Source of the DNA: Alphaproteobacteria bacterium
GTDB lineage: Bacteria; Pseudomonadota; Alphaproteobacteria; JAAXGF01
Direction of reading: 5' to 3'
Assembly (NCBI GenBank): GCA_963555825.3
Contig: CAUVXB020000001.1
Location: 1,984,001-2,048,000, forward strand
Length of the DNA: 64,000 nucleotides
Part shown: one piece after another, positions 26,081 to 36,687 of the stretch
Position numbering within the stretch: the first letter of the stretch is position 1
How the letters are laid out: each line of letters begins with the position of its first letter
The notes under the pieces: generated by a model
Databases searched by the model: none
Seen by the model: only the letters and a program-made list of their open reading frames with translations
Told to the model about the DNA's origin: nothing
Translations under genes and position numbers: made by a program

Positions 26081-27472
26081 ATGAGCACGCTGGCGAACTC
26101 TCCCAGTGCCAAGGATATCGCCTATCACCTGCACCCCTACACCAACTTCGTGGCGCACGAGGCGCAGGGTCCGCACATCATGACCGAGGGCGACGGCATC
26201 TATGTCATCGACGACACCGGCAAGCGCTACATCGAGGGATTGGCCGGGCTGTGGTGCGCCTCGCTCGGCTTCAGCAACGAGCGGCTCGCGGCGGCGGGCG
26301 CGGCGCAGTTGCGCCAGTTGCCCTACTATCACAACTTCGCCCACAAGACGACGCCAGCCGTCGTCGAACTCGCCGAGCGACTCATCGAGATGGCGCCGGG
26401 ACCGATGTCGAAGGTGTTCTTCACCAACTCCGGCTCCGAGGCGAACGACAGCCAAGTCAAGATGGTCTGGTATTACCACAACGCCATCGGCAAGCCCGAG
26501 AAGAAGAAGATCATCTCGCGCATCGGCGGCTACCACGGTGTCACCGTCGCAGCAGCGAGCCTGACCGGCCTGCCCTACGTGCAGGACGCCTTCGACCTGC
26601 CGATCGCCAACATCATCCAGACCGAGAACCCGCACTACTGGCGCTTCGGCGAGGCAGGCGAGTCGGAAGAGGACTTCGCGACGCGCATGGCGGCGAGCCT
26701 CGAACAACTGATCATTGACGAGGGCCCCGAGACGGTCGCCGCCTTCATCGCGGAACCGGTGCAGGGCGCCGGCGGCGTCATCGTGCCGCCCAAGACTTAT
26801 TTCGCCAAGGTTCAGGAGGTGCTTCGCCGCCACGACGTGTTGTTCATCGCCGACGAGGTGATCTGTGGCTTCGGCCGTACCGGCAACATGTTCGGCTCCG
26901 AGACCTACGACCTCAAGCCCGACATGGTGACGGTGGCGAAGGCGTTGTCGTCGTCGTACCTGCCGATCGCGGGCGCCATGATCTCGGAGAAAATCTACCA
27001 GGCGATCCGCGACGAGAGCGGGCGGCGCGGCGTGTTCGGCACCGGTTATACGTACAGCGGCCACCCGGTTTGCGCCGCGGTCGCGCTCGAGACGCTCAAG
27101 ATCTACGAGGAGACCGACATCGTCGGTCACGTCCGCAGCATTTCGCCACACTTCCTAAGCCGGCTGCACGCGCTTGGCGATCACCCGTTGGTCGGCGAGA
27201 CCCGAGGCGTCGGCCTGATCGGCGGCGTCCAGCTGGTCAAGAACAAGGCGACCAAAGAGATGTACGATCCGTCGCTGAAAGTCGCGCCGACGGTCATGAA
27301 CCTCGCGGTCGAGCATGGTCTCTTGATCCGCGCGCTGCCCAACGATTCGATCGCGGCGTGCCCGCCACTGATCATTACCATCCCACAAATCGATGACCTG
27401 TTCGACAGCATGGGCCGGGCGCTCGACGACATGCTCGACGCATTGACCAAACAAGGCGAAGCGGCCGAATAA
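26081..27472 (+). CDS. class III (omega) aminotransferase
   Basis: AGLWC, NSGSEAND, YHG, AEPVQGAGG, DEVICGFGRTG, AKALSS, YTYSGHP. Confidence 0.93.
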   Translation: MSTLANSPSAKDIAYHLHPYTNFVAHEAQGPHIMTEGDGIYVIDDTGKRYIEGLAGLWCASLGFSNERLAAAGAAQLRQLPYYHNFAHKTTPAVVELAERLIEMAPGPMSKVFFTNSGSEANDSQVKMVWYYHNAIGKPEKKKIISRIGGYHGVTVAAASLTGLPYVQDAFDLPIANIIQTENPHYWRFGEAGESEEDFATRMAASLEQLIIDEGPETVAAFIAEPVQGAGGVIVPPKTYFAKVQEVLRRHDVLFIADEVICGFGRTGNMFGSETYDLKPDMVTVAKALSSSYLPIAGAMISEKIYQAIRDESGRRGVFGTGYTYSGHPVCAAVALETLKIYEETDIVGHVRSISPHFLSRLHALGDHPLVGETRGVGLIGGVQLVKNKATKEMYDPSLKVAPTVMNLAVEHGLLIRALPNDSIAACPPLIITIPQIDDLFDSMGRALDDMLDALTKQGEAAE

Positions 27473-27480
27473 GCCGGCGT

Positions 27481-27514
27481 CCGGGCGGCGGCGACACAGC
27501 CCGGCGCCGCCCGG
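27481..27514 (+). terminator. GC-rich hairpin after the aminotransferase gene
   Basis: ccgggcggcg ... cgccgcccgg 10-bp stem; no U-tract. Confidence 0.4.
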
Positions 27515-27740
27515 GTCTCGGTATAGAATCAGCCCACCGGAAAATCACCCGATCGTGATGGAGCCATGAATTTTGGTTGACTCGCAGCACCAAGCAAGGC
27601 TGATATTAGCCGCAACAGTTGTCGCGTCACGAAGGCGATCGAAGAATGCGCCACAGGTGCCGGGACAGATACTGGGAAGCGAGCACCGCTCGAAGCGAAA
27701 TCAAGCTCGGATAGCGGCGCGTTGCCATGTCAGGGGAGAC

Positions 27741-28832
27741 ATGCCCGAAGTCAACGAACCGATCGTGAGATTCACCAAGGTTCAGAAGAGCTACGACGGC
27801 GAAATTCTCGTCGTCAAGGATTTGAACCTGGACGTTGAGCGCGGTGAATTTCTCACCATGCTGGGGCCCTCGGGGTCCGGCAAGACCACCGTGCTCATGA
27901 TGCTCGCCGGATTCGAGCCGGCGACGCACGGTGAGATCTATCTCGAAGGCAACCCTATCAACGACGTGCCGCCGCACAAGCGTGGCATCGGCATGGTGTT
28001 CCAGAATTATGCGTTGTTCCCACACATGACGATCGAGGAGAACCTGTCGTTTCCGCTCGAAGTGCGCAAGATGAGCAAGGCCGAAACCGCGCAACGAGTT
28101 CAGCGGGCGCTCGACATGGTGCAGCTCGGCGGCTTCGAGCACCGCCGGCCGGGCCAGCTATCGGGCGGCCAGCAGCAGCGTGTCGCGGTGGCGCGCGCTT
28201 TGGTGTTCGACCCGCAGTTGGTGCTCATGGACGAGCCGCTTGGCGCGCTCGACAAGCAGCTGCGCGAGCAGATGCAGTACGAGATCAAGCACATTCACGA
28301 AAGTCTCGGCGTCAGCGTGGTTTACGTCACTCACGACCAATCCGAGGCCCTGACGATGTCGAACCGCATCGCCGTGTTCAATGACGGCGTCATCCAGCAG
28401 ATCGCGCCACCCGATGACTTGTACGAGCGGCCCGAAAACGCCTTCGTCGCCCAGTTCATCGGCGAGAACAACACGCTGACGGGCACCGTGCGTCAGATCG
28501 ACGGCGACACCTGCCGGGTCGAATTGGATGACGGCGGCGAGGTGCGCGCGCTCATGGTCAACGTGGCCGGCGAAGGTAAGCGGACGACGCTCTCGCTCAG
28601 GCCTGAACGCGTCGAGGTCAACCCGGAAGACGGCATTTATCCGAACGTCTTCGAGGGCAAGGTCGAAGAACTGATCTATCTCGGCGATCACATCCGCACG
28701 CGTGCTAATGTGTGCGGTCACGACGATTTCATCGTCAAGATACCGAACGCCGGCGGCCGTGGCGCCCTCAAGGAAGGGGAAATCGTCAAGTTCGGCTGGA
28801 CGGCAGAAGATTGCCGGGCACTCGATGCATAA
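27741..28832 (+). CDS. polyamine-type ABC transporter ATP-binding protein (PotA-like)
   Basis: [38 protein letters not shown]-like C-terminus. Confidence 0.93.
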   Translation: MPEVNEPIVRFTKVQKSYDGEILVVKDLNLDVERGEFLTMLGPSGSGKTTVLMMLAGFEPATHGEIYLEGNPINDVPPHKRGIGMVFQNYALFPHMTIEENLSFPLEVRKMSKAETAQRVQRALDMVQLGGFEHRRPGQLSGGQQQRVAVARALVFDPQLVLMDEPLGALDKQLREQMQYEIKHIHESLGVSVVYVTHDQSEALTMSNRIAVFNDGVIQQIAPPDDLYERPENAFVAQFIGENNTLTGTVRQIDGDTCRVELDDGGEVRALMVNVAGEGKRTTLSLRPERVEVNPEDGIYPNVFEGKVEELIYLGDHIRTRANVCGHDDFIVKIPNAGGRGALKEGEIVKFGWTAEDCRALDA

Positions 28833-28936
28833 GCAAACACTGCGTCAAGGGAGGTAACGGTACCGCCGACGGCGCGTCCGTCGGCGACAAAAGGTCATTG
28901 TCACCACATCGCTATCGAACAGGGAGATACATCGTT

Positions 28937-30043
28937 ATGCGAAATGCTTTGAAACTTACCACCTACGCCGCGGCGAGCGTTTTCGTCCTCGGCGTTGCCA
29001 CCGCCAAGGCCGACATCACCGTCGTGTCCTGGGGCGGCGGCTATACCGCAAGCCAACAGAAGGCATATGGCGACACCTGGGCCATGGGCGCCGACAAGAT
29101 CCACTGGGAGAACTACAACGGCGGTCTCGGCGAGATCCGCGCCCAGGTCGAGGCCGGCAGCGTCCAGTGGGATATCGTCGACGTGCTGCCGCACGAAGGC
29201 CGTGTCGGCTGCGACGAGGGTTTGTTCGAGGAGCTGCCGCGCGACAAGTTCACGCCGGCGGCCGACGGCACGTCGATGGACGATGACATCATGGTCAAGG
29301 TGCCGAACGACTGCGTCGTGCCGCAGATCTTCTGGTCCTACGTGCCGTTCTACGATGCGGCTCAGGACCATCCGGGATGGCCGGAGGGCGAGGCGCCCAC
29401 GACCATCGCCGACTTCTTCGATCTCGAGAAGTTCCCCGGCAAGCGCGGCATCCACACCTGGCCGAACGCGCTGATCGAGATGGCGCTGCTGGCCGATGGC
29501 GTGGCGGTGAAGGACCTCTACACCGTCATGGACACGCCGGAAGGCATCGACCGCGCCTTCGCCAAGCTCGACACGATCAAGAACGACTCCGTGTTCTGGT
29601 CGTCGGGCGCCAAGCCGCTCGAGTTCGTCAAGAGCGGCGAGACCGCCATTGCGCTGGCGTACAACGGCCGTGTCGGCGCCGCCGTGCTCAGCGAGGGCGA
29701 GAAATTCGTCACCGTCTGGGACGGCCAGGTTATCGAGGAAGAGTGGCTGGTCATGATCAAGGGCACCAAGAACTACGACGAGGCCCTCGACTTCCTGATC
29801 CACGCCTCGGCGCCCGCACAGCAAGCCGGCCAGGCCAAGTGGATCAACTACGGTCCGATGCGCAAGTCCGCCCTCACCATCATTGAGGCGGGCGAGCCCT
29901 GGTACAACACCGGCGTCAACATCATGGAGCACATGCCCAACCGCGACGAAATTGCGGCGCGCTCCATCTACGCCGACCCCGAGTGGTGGGCGGACAATGG
30001 CGACGAGGTTGCCGAGCGGTTCACCGCTTGGATGGGCCAGTAA
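28937..30043 (+). CDS. ABC transporter substrate-binding protein (PotD/PotF-like)
   Basis: Signal peptide, VSWGG.Y, WDIVD, DFFDLEKFPGKR, EMALLADGV, YNGR. Confidence 0.9.
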   Translation: MRNALKLTTYAAASVFVLGVATAKADITVVSWGGGYTASQQKAYGDTWAMGADKIHWENYNGGLGEIRAQVEAGSVQWDIVDVLPHEGRVGCDEGLFEELPRDKFTPAADGTSMDDDIMVKVPNDCVVPQIFWSYVPFYDAAQDHPGWPEGEAPTTIADFFDLEKFPGKRGIHTWPNALIEMALLADGVAVKDLYTVMDTPEGIDRAFAKLDTIKNDSVFWSSGAKPLEFVKSGETAIALAYNGRVGAAVLSEGEKFVTVWDGQVIEEEWLVMIKGTKNYDEALDFLIHASAPAQQAGQAKWINYGPMRKSALTIIEAGEPWYNTGVNIMEHMPNRDEIAARSIYADPEWWADNGDEVAERFTAWMGQ

Positions 30044-30065
30044 TCTCGGTCTAGTTCAGCGTCTC

Positions 30066-30109
30066 GGGATCTCGGGTCGGGTGGCGCAGCCACCCGACCC
30101 GGCCATCCC
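30066..30109 (+). terminator. intercistronic stem-loop after the SBP gene (mRNA stabiliser or attenuator)
   Basis: gggtcgggtggc-gca-gccacccgaccc perfect 12-bp stem extended by gggat/atccc. Confidence 0.6.
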
Positions 30110-30144
30110 GGAACAAACGTATTCGCAGGTTCTGCTGGGTAGCC

Positions 30145-31404
30145 ATGACGACGGCAACGGCCACTTCGGAAGAGATCCTCACCGCTGACGGTACGCCACT
30201 CAAGGCGAGCCTTCAGAGGTCGCTGCGCAGGAGCAAACTGCGCGCCGTCGCGCTGGTCCTGCCGCCCTTTCTTTTTCTCATTTTGGTCTTCATCGTGCCG
30301 ATCGGCGACCTGCTGTTCCGCAGCGTTGACGACCGGTTGATCAACAACGTCCTGCCGCGCACTTTCGCCATCTACGACAGCTGGGACCGTGAAACGCTTC
30401 CTGGCGAGGACATGTTCGAGGCCATGTTCCTCGATCTCACGACCGCCGACAAGCTGCAGCTCGGGCGCAGCAGCACGCGCATGAACTACGAGAAATCGGG
30501 GTGGCGAAGCCTGATCAAGAAGTCGAGCCGCAAGTTCAAGAAGCTCGAGGGCCCACCGTACATGGACGCGATGATCAAGGCGGAAAAACGCTGGGGCGAC
30601 ATCACATTCTGGCAATCTCTCGGCGCCATGAAGGACGAGCTCACGTTTGGCTACTACCTGAACGCCGTCGATTACAGGTTCGACGCCAACAAGGACATCG
30701 AGGCGCAACCCGAAAATCGCCGGGTCTACCTGTTGCTCTGGTGGCGCACGTTCCTGGTCAGCATCATCGTGACCGTGGCGTGTCTCATTCTGGCATATCC
30801 GGCCGCCCATCTGCTTGCCACGCTGCCGTTGCGCACCAGCAACATCTTGATGATATGCGTTTTGATGCCGTTCTGGACGTCGTTGCTGGTGCGTATCGTC
30901 GCCTGGATGATCATGTTGCAGCAGCAAGGCGTGGTGAACGACACGCTGGTTTGGCTCGGTATTCTCGACGACAATAACCGGCTGGCGATGATGTACAACT
31001 TCACGGGCACCATCATCGTCATGACGCAGATTCTCCTGCCCTTCATGATCCTGCCGATCTACAGCGTCATGAAGGGCATCTCGCCGGCCTACATGAAGGC
31101 GGCGCAAAACCTCGGCGCGTCGCCGTCGCTCGCCTTCATCAGAGTTTACGTGCCGCAGACCCTGCCCGGCGTCGGCGCGGGCGTATTGCTCGTCTTCATC
31201 GTGGCGATCGGCTACTACATCACGCCCGAGCTGGTCGGCGGCAGGGACGGCCAGTTGATCGGCAACTTCGTCGCCCGCCACATGAAGAACACGCTCAATT
31301 GGGGCTTGGCCTCGGCGATGGGCGTGATCCTTCTCGCGAGCATCCTGATTCTCTATTGGGTTTACGACAAGCTCGTCGGCGTCGACAACCTGAAGATGGG
31401 GTGA
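30145..31404 (+). CDS. ABC transporter permease (PotB-like) with a large periplasmic insertion
   Basis: PFWTSLLVR, LPFMILPIYS, AAQNLGA EAA loop, YYITPELVGG. Confidence 0.92.
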   Translation: MTTATATSEEILTADGTPLKASLQRSLRRSKLRAVALVLPPFLFLILVFIVPIGDLLFRSVDDRLINNVLPRTFAIYDSWDRETLPGEDMFEAMFLDLTTADKLQLGRSSTRMNYEKSGWRSLIKKSSRKFKKLEGPPYMDAMIKAEKRWGDITFWQSLGAMKDELTFGYYLNAVDYRFDANKDIEAQPENRRVYLLLWWRTFLVSIIVTVACLILAYPAAHLLATLPLRTSNILMICVLMPFWTSLLVRIVAWMIMLQQQGVVNDTLVWLGILDDNNRLAMMYNFTGTIIVMTQILLPFMILPIYSVMKGISPAYMKAAQNLGASPSLAFIRVYVPQTLPGVGAGVLLVFIVAIGYYITPELVGGRDGQLIGNFVARHMKNTLNWGLASAMGVILLASILILYWVYDKLVGVDNLKMG

Positions 31405-31408
31405 GACG

Positions 31409-32293
31409 ATGGCGCTTCCGGCATATGCGACAACCGGTCAGCACGTCTGGCACTGGTGCTATATTGGGTTCTGCAGCATGGTGCTGTTCTTCCTGGTCGC
31501 CCCGTTGATCGCCGTCATCCCGCTCTCGTTCACCTCGAGCGCGTTCCTGAGCTTCACGCCGGAGATGCTGGCGTTCGACCCCGAGGGCTATTCGTTACGC
31601 TGGTACCGCATGCTGATCGGTGACTGCTCGGACAAGACGATTACCACCGTGTGCAGCAACAAGTGGATGATCGGCGCCGGCAACAGCCTGTTCATCGCGG
31701 TCTTTGCGACGATTGCGGCCAGTACGCTCGGTACGCTCGCGGCGCTGGGTTTGAGCCGGCAGCATATGCCGTACCGCAAGCTGATCATGGCCTTCATGAT
31801 CTCACCCCTGATCGTGCCGCTGATCATCACCGCGTCGGGCATGTTCCTGTTCTTCGCCAAGTTCAAGCTGGTCGCGACCTTCACCGGCCTGATCATCGCG
31901 CACACCGTGCTCGGCATGCCCTTCGTCATCATTACCGTTACGGCGACCCTGGTCGGCTTCGACCAGAGCCTGACGCGGGCCGCGGCGAGCCTCGGCGGCA
32001 CTCCGTTGCGCACTTTCTTCAAGGTGCAGATGCCGCTCATCCTGCCCGGCGTCATTTCGGGCGGGCTGTTCGCCTTCATCACGTCGTTCGACGAGGTCGT
32101 CGTCGTGCTGTTCATGGGCGGCGTCGAACAGTTGACGTTGCCCAGGCAGATGTGGTCGGGCATCCGCCAGGAGATCAGTCCGACGATTCTGTCCGCGGCC
32201 ACCATACTCGTCTGTTTTTCGATCCTGTTGCTCGCGTCGGTCGAGTTGTTGCGTCGTCGCAACGAACGCTTGAGGGGCGTCACGCCCGGCTAA
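31409..32293 (+). CDS. ABC transporter permease (PotC-like)
   Basis: SLRWY, AAASLGG EAA loop, FITSFDEVVV, TLPRQM. Confidence 0.92.
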   Translation: MALPAYATTGQHVWHWCYIGFCSMVLFFLVAPLIAVIPLSFTSSAFLSFTPEMLAFDPEGYSLRWYRMLIGDCSDKTITTVCSNKWMIGAGNSLFIAVFATIAASTLGTLAALGLSRQHMPYRKLIMAFMISPLIVPLIITASGMFLFFAKFKLVATFTGLIIAHTVLGMPFVIITVTATLVGFDQSLTRAAASLGGTPLRTFFKVQMPLILPGVISGGLFAFITSFDEVVVVLFMGGVEQLTLPRQMWSGIRQEISPTILSAATILVCFSILLLASVELLRRRNERLRGVTPG

Positions 32294-32474
32294 ATTCGAC
32301 CCGACGGCGACGGCGTGCCACTTCGGACGTCGGCCAACCAACGGTTTCGCATGGACCGGCGTTTCGCCGGGTGGCTCGCCAAGGCGTACATCCGAAACGC
32401 ATTGACTTAGGGGTCGCGAGACCCGATTCTCTTTATCGATCGAGCGCCCGCAGCGAGTAACGGGATTGGCACAG

Positions 32475-33023
32475 ATGTTCCGCGACAAGTCGTTGATGCC
32501 GAAGGAGGCGATCCGCCTCGCCGCACTCGGCCTGCTCGGCCATGGGCCGATGCGCTACGGCGATCTCGCCAACGAGGTGCGTCATTTCACCACCCGCTAT
32601 TGGGGGCCGACGCTCGACGTCATGGCCTCGTCGATCGAGCTGATGCGTCTCGAGGGTCTCGTCGAGGTCACGGACCAGGGCGAGACGCCGGGCGACGCCA
32701 TGTTGCGCCTCACCCAGGCCGGCCGCGACGAGCTACTGGCGCTGCTTGGCGCCGCGGTGCGCGTGCCGTCGAACGACTTCAACAAGCTGATCGTCGCGCT
32801 GAAGCTCAAGTTTCTCGACGCCCTCGATCCCGCCGAACGCGCCGAACAGGTCGACGCCCTGGTCGAGCTGCGCGAGGCCGAGCTGGCGCGGCTCACCGAC
32901 CTACGCACCACGCACGTCGGCGATGACGGTCCTTTCGCGCGCTGGCTCGACCACGACATCACGCTGATCGAGGCCGACCTCACCTGGTTCAGACAGCTCC
33001 GCGAAGAATTGAGTGTCGTCTGA
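32475..33023 (+). CDS. PadR-like winged-helix protein
   Basis: ALGLL..GPM.Y, LT.AGR..L, coiled C-terminus ending in a W-containing helix. Confidence 0.6.
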   Translation: MFRDKSLMPKEAIRLAALGLLGHGPMRYGDLANEVRHFTTRYWGPTLDVMASSIELMRLEGLVEVTDQGETPGDAMLRLTQAGRDELLALLGAAVRVPSNDFNKLIVALKLKFLDALDPAERAEQVDALVELREAELARLTDLRTTHVGDDGPFARWLDHDITLIEADLTWFRQLREELSVV

Positions 33024-33038
33024 TTCTTGGTATGAGCG

Positions 33039-34319
33039 CTAACCGCGCTCGCGCAGCCAGTCCTTGAAACGCCACCAGGCGTACACCGCCTCGGCGATGG
33101 TCGGCCCAAGCGGCCCGCCGGCGTATTCCAGGCCAAACGGTTCGAACAACCGATAGCGCTCGTCGTTGCCGGCGATTGCGGCCGCAACGGCCTCGCCGCC
33201 GACCGTCGTCGTGCACATGCCGGATCCACCGAAACCCTGGCAATACCAGACGCCCGGCTCGAGCTCGCCGATCTGCGGCATCATGTGGACCGCATAGCCC
33301 ATGGTGCCGGGCCAGGCGACCTCGCCCCGGATGCCTTCGAGCTGCGGGTAGACCTTGAGGAGATCGCCCAGCATCGTTTGCATCAGACGCTCGGGCGCCG
33401 TCGACGAGCTGACCCGGCCACCCCATAGAATGCGTCCATCAGGCAGTGGCCGGTAGTAGTCGCCGGAAAACCGGTTGTCGGAGACCCCATAGGGCGCGCG
33501 GATCGCGGACTCCAACCGGTCCTTCGGGATCGGCTCGGTCAGCATGACGTATGTCCCGACCGGCAGAGTCGCCCGCGAGAGCGCCGGGTGCAGGCCCTCG
33601 ATATAGCCGCTGCAGCAGAACACGACCTGATCGGCACGAACCCGGCCCCGGGCCGTGTTCACGGCTTTCGGCGCGGCGGTGAAGTCGAACGACACGACGG
33701 CCGAATTTTCGTGCAGCACCGCGCCGTTCTGCTCGGCCGCCCGCGCGATGCCGCGCGCGAAGTTGAGCGAATGGAACTGAAAGCTCCGTGCGTTGAAGAG
33801 CGCATCGTAGTAGCGCTCGCTGCGATACAGCTCGCGCAGCTTTTCGCGCGGCCAGAATTCGCGCTCCTCGCCGTAGATCCGGGCGATCCACTCGGCATCA
33901 GCGCGCAGGCCGTCGGCGTCGTCGAACCACGAGCAGAGTAGCTTGCCCTCGACGAACGGCTCGCAATCGATGGCGTAGTGGTCGATCCGCCGCCGGATCA
34001 GTTCAAACGCATCGACCGTCAGATCGTGGAGCTCGCGCGCCTGGGCCTCGCCGACCATGGCGGCGAGCTTGCGCGGGCCGGCAGCGTAGCCGGTGCCGAC
34101 CATGCCGCCGTTCCGCCCCGAGGCGCCGAAGGCGAGGCGTCGCGCCTCGAGGAGCACGACCCCGCGGCCGCGCTCGGCGAGACCGAGTGCGGTGGCAAGC
34201 CCCGCCATGCCACCGCCGATGACGCAGACGTCGGTCTCGACGTCGCCGTCGAGCGCCGGTCGCGGCCGGTCGTCGACGATGCTGCGGCTGTAGTAGCTGT
34301 CGACGTGGCCTTCGGCCAT
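33039..34319 (-). CDS. FAD-dependent oxidoreductase, DAO/PuuB-like
   Basis: DSYY, IGGGMAG, GASGRNGG, DYYR, WGG, W.G.MGY..H.MPQIG. Confidence 0.9.
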   Translation of the reverse strand: MAEGHVDSYYSRSIVDDRPRPALDGDVETDVCVIGGGMAGLATALGLAERGRGVVLLEARRLAFGASGRNGGMVGTGYAAGPRKLAAMVGEAQARELHDLTVDAFELIRRRIDHYAIDCEPFVEGKLLCSWFDDADGLRADAEWIARIYGEEREFWPREKLRELYRSERYYDALFNARSFQFHSLNFARGIARAAEQNGAVLHENSAVVSFDFTAAPKAVNTARGRVRADQVVFCCSGYIEGLHPALSRATLPVGTYVMLTEPIPKDRLESAIRAPYGVSDNRFSGDYYRPLPDGRILWGGRVSSSTAPERLMQTMLGDLLKVYPQLEGIRGEVAWPGTMGYAVHMMPQIGELEPGVWYCQGFGGSGMCTTTVGGEAVAAAIAGNDERYRLFEPFGLEYAGGPLGPTIAEAVYAWWRFKDWLRERG

Positions 34320-34330
34320 AGGCGGCAGGC

Positions 34331-35041
34331 TCAGGCGTCGAGCCGCAGGGTCGGCGCGTCCTTGCCCTCGCCATGTCGATAGATCGCCGAGTACATGTTC
34401 CACCACATGTTCCGGCCCTCGAGCGCGGCACGGCGCACGCTCGCCTTGCGCTCGTCGGTCGTCGCGTACGCCTTCGCGGCCTCCCAGCCGGTCTCGGCAT
34501 GGTGCTCGTCGGCGCCGACATGGACCGAGAAGTAGAACACCGTGTGCTCGTCATAGCCGTAGTTCATGGTCAGGCCGCGAGTCGCGAGCGAACAAAACTC
34601 GGTGAACATGTCCTCGATGCCGAGCGAGACGAAGCTCAGCGCCTCGATCCACTTGCCGGTCATCGCGTATCCGGTGACGGTGTCGGGATAGATCTTGGTC
34701 TCGGGCATCATCGGCCGCGCGTCGATATCGTCCTCGGTATAGCCGGCCGCCGCGCCGGCGCGCAGCGCGAGCTCCCAGTGCGACGGTTCGTCCGGCGTGC
34801 CGCACAGCTCGCCGAACAGGTTCTCGGCCAGTTCCTTCTTCAGGTGCCGCGGCGCCTGCGGCACGATCAGTGAGAGCGCCGAGATGCCGTCGAGCACGGT
34901 GAACTTGAGCTGGGCGCAAAGCTCGGCGATGGTCTCACGCTCGAGCCCGCCTTCGACCATGCCAACGCAGATCGGGTGATTGGCGACCGACTGGCTTTGG
35001 ATCTCATCCCTAAGGTCGCTCCAGAACGGGTCTTGGGTCAT
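34331..35041 (-). CDS. heme-oxygenase-like diiron enzyme (PqqC/TenA/CADD-like)
   Basis: All-helical, ENLFGE...SH, E, and FSVHVGADEHH metal-ligand pattern. Confidence 0.75.
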   Translation of the reverse strand: MTQDPFWSDLRDEIQSQSVANHPICVGMVEGGLERETIAELCAQLKFTVLDGISALSLIVPQAPRHLKKELAENLFGELCGTPDEPSHWELALRAGAAAGYTEDDIDARPMMPETKIYPDTVTGYAMTGKWIEALSFVSLGIEDMFTEFCSLATRGLTMNYGYDEHTVFYFSVHVGADEHHAETGWEAAKAYATTDERKASVRRAALEGRNMWWNMYSAIYRHGEGKDAPTLRLDA

Positions 35042-35175
35042 GTTCTTCCCACCTTTCTTGGACACCTGGGCGGCGCCCGCGCATGGCAGCCGCGTGGATT
35101 AAGAATTTGCAGCCTTGGCGATTTGACGTCAACATGATGCGAACAGCGACGCAAAATCGATTTGGAGAGGACGCC

Positions 35176-36582
35176 ATGGTTGAGACGAACTTCGCCGCCT
35201 ACGACACCGAGGACATCCGGCGGAAGGATCGCGACCACGTCATCCACCCGTGGACCGACTTTTCGACCTTCAAGGAGGAAGGCTCGGAAATCTTCGCCGA
35301 ATCCGAGGGCATCTACGTCTACAACTCCGACGGCGACCGGTTCATCGACGGCATCGGCGGGCTGTGGTGCGTCAACGTCGGCTACGGCCGCGACGAGATC
35401 GCCCAGGCGATGGCCGATCAGGCGCGCCGCATCTGCTACTACTCGACCTTCACACACATCACCACGCCGCCCGCCGCCGAGCTCGCCCACCGACTGTGCG
35501 GCCACGCGCCGGACAACATCAACCACCTGTTCTACGGCACCGGCGGGTCGATGTCGAACGACACCGCGATCCGGATTATTCACTTCTATTTCAACCGCTT
35601 GGGCAAACCGAAGAAGAAACACATCATCTCGCGCGTCGACGGCTATCACGGCTCGACCTACATGGCCATGTCGCTCACCGGCGTCGCGTTCGACCACGTC
35701 GGCTTCGACATCGTCACCGACATCGTGCACCACATCCCGGCGCCCAACCCGTACCGTCGGCCCGAAGGCATGACGGTCGAGGAATTCTGCGACGAGAAGG
35801 TCAAGGACCTCGAAGACAAGATCCTCGAGCTCGGGCCCGAGAACGTCGCCGCCTTCATCGCCGAGCCGATCATGGGCGCCGGCGGGGTGATCGTGCCGCC
35901 GCATGGCTATCACGCGCGCACGCGCGAGGTATGCCGCGAATACGAGGTGCTCTACATTTCCGATGAAGTCGTTACCGGTTTCGGCCGCGTCGGCCATATA
36001 TTCGCCTCCGAGCCGGTCTTCGATCTCAGGCCCGACTTCATAATTTCGGCCAAGGGCATCACATCGGGTTACGTACCGCTCTCGGCGACGATGATCGCCG
36101 ACGAGGTCTACGACGTGATCAGCGAGCCGCAGGCCGAGGGCGCGCTGTTCACCCACGGTTTTACCTATTCGGGACATCCGGTGTCCTGCGCCGCGGGGCT
36201 CGCCAACCTGGACATCATGGAGCGCGAAGACATCTGCGGTCACGTCCGCGAGGTCGGACCCTATTTCGAGGAGTGCCTGACTGACCTGCTCGAGCTGCCG
36301 GTCGTCGGCGACGTGCGCGGCAAATGCTTCATGATGTGTGTCGAGAACGTCGCCGACCGCGAGACCAAGGAACTGTTCGCCCCGGAGGTCAAGATCGGCG
36401 AGCGCATTTCGAAGCATTGCCAGCAGCGCGGGCTGATCGTGCGGCCGCTCGGACATCTCAACGTCATGTCGCCGCCGCTCATCCTGACCCGCGAGCAGAT
36501 CGACACCTTCGTCGACATTCTGCGCGAGAGCATCGTAACGACCCAGGACGACTTGGTCCGCGAGGGTCTCTGGAAGGGCTGA
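35176..36582 (+). CDS. class III aminotransferase, tandem copy 1
   Basis: DGIGGLWC, YHGST, AEPIMGAGG, DEVVTGFGR, AKGITSGY, HGFTYSGHP. Confidence 0.93.
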   Translation: MVETNFAAYDTEDIRRKDRDHVIHPWTDFSTFKEEGSEIFAESEGIYVYNSDGDRFIDGIGGLWCVNVGYGRDEIAQAMADQARRICYYSTFTHITTPPAAELAHRLCGHAPDNINHLFYGTGGSMSNDTAIRIIHFYFNRLGKPKKKHIISRVDGYHGSTYMAMSLTGVAFDHVGFDIVTDIVHHIPAPNPYRRPEGMTVEEFCDEKVKDLEDKILELGPENVAAFIAEPIMGAGGVIVPPHGYHARTREVCREYEVLYISDEVVTGFGRVGHIFASEPVFDLRPDFIISAKGITSGYVPLSATMIADEVYDVISEPQAEGALFTHGFTYSGHPVSCAAGLANLDIMEREDICGHVREVGPYFEECLTDLLELPVVGDVRGKCFMMCVENVADRETKELFAPEVKIGERISKHCQQRGLIVRPLGHLNVMSPPLILTREQIDTFVDILRESIVTTQDDLVREGLWKG

Positions 36583-36687
36583 TCTGCGCCGACCATCGGA
36601 CCGCGTAACCGCTTTTCGGCCGCCCGCGCCTCGCTTGCGCGGCGTTACTGCGACGTCTTGAAACGGAATTTCATGGAGGGAGGCACC

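Noticed and set aside
34331-35041. pqqC or tenA assignment
   Set aside because: No pqq or thiamine genes nearby; only the general fold and metal-ligand pattern are supported.
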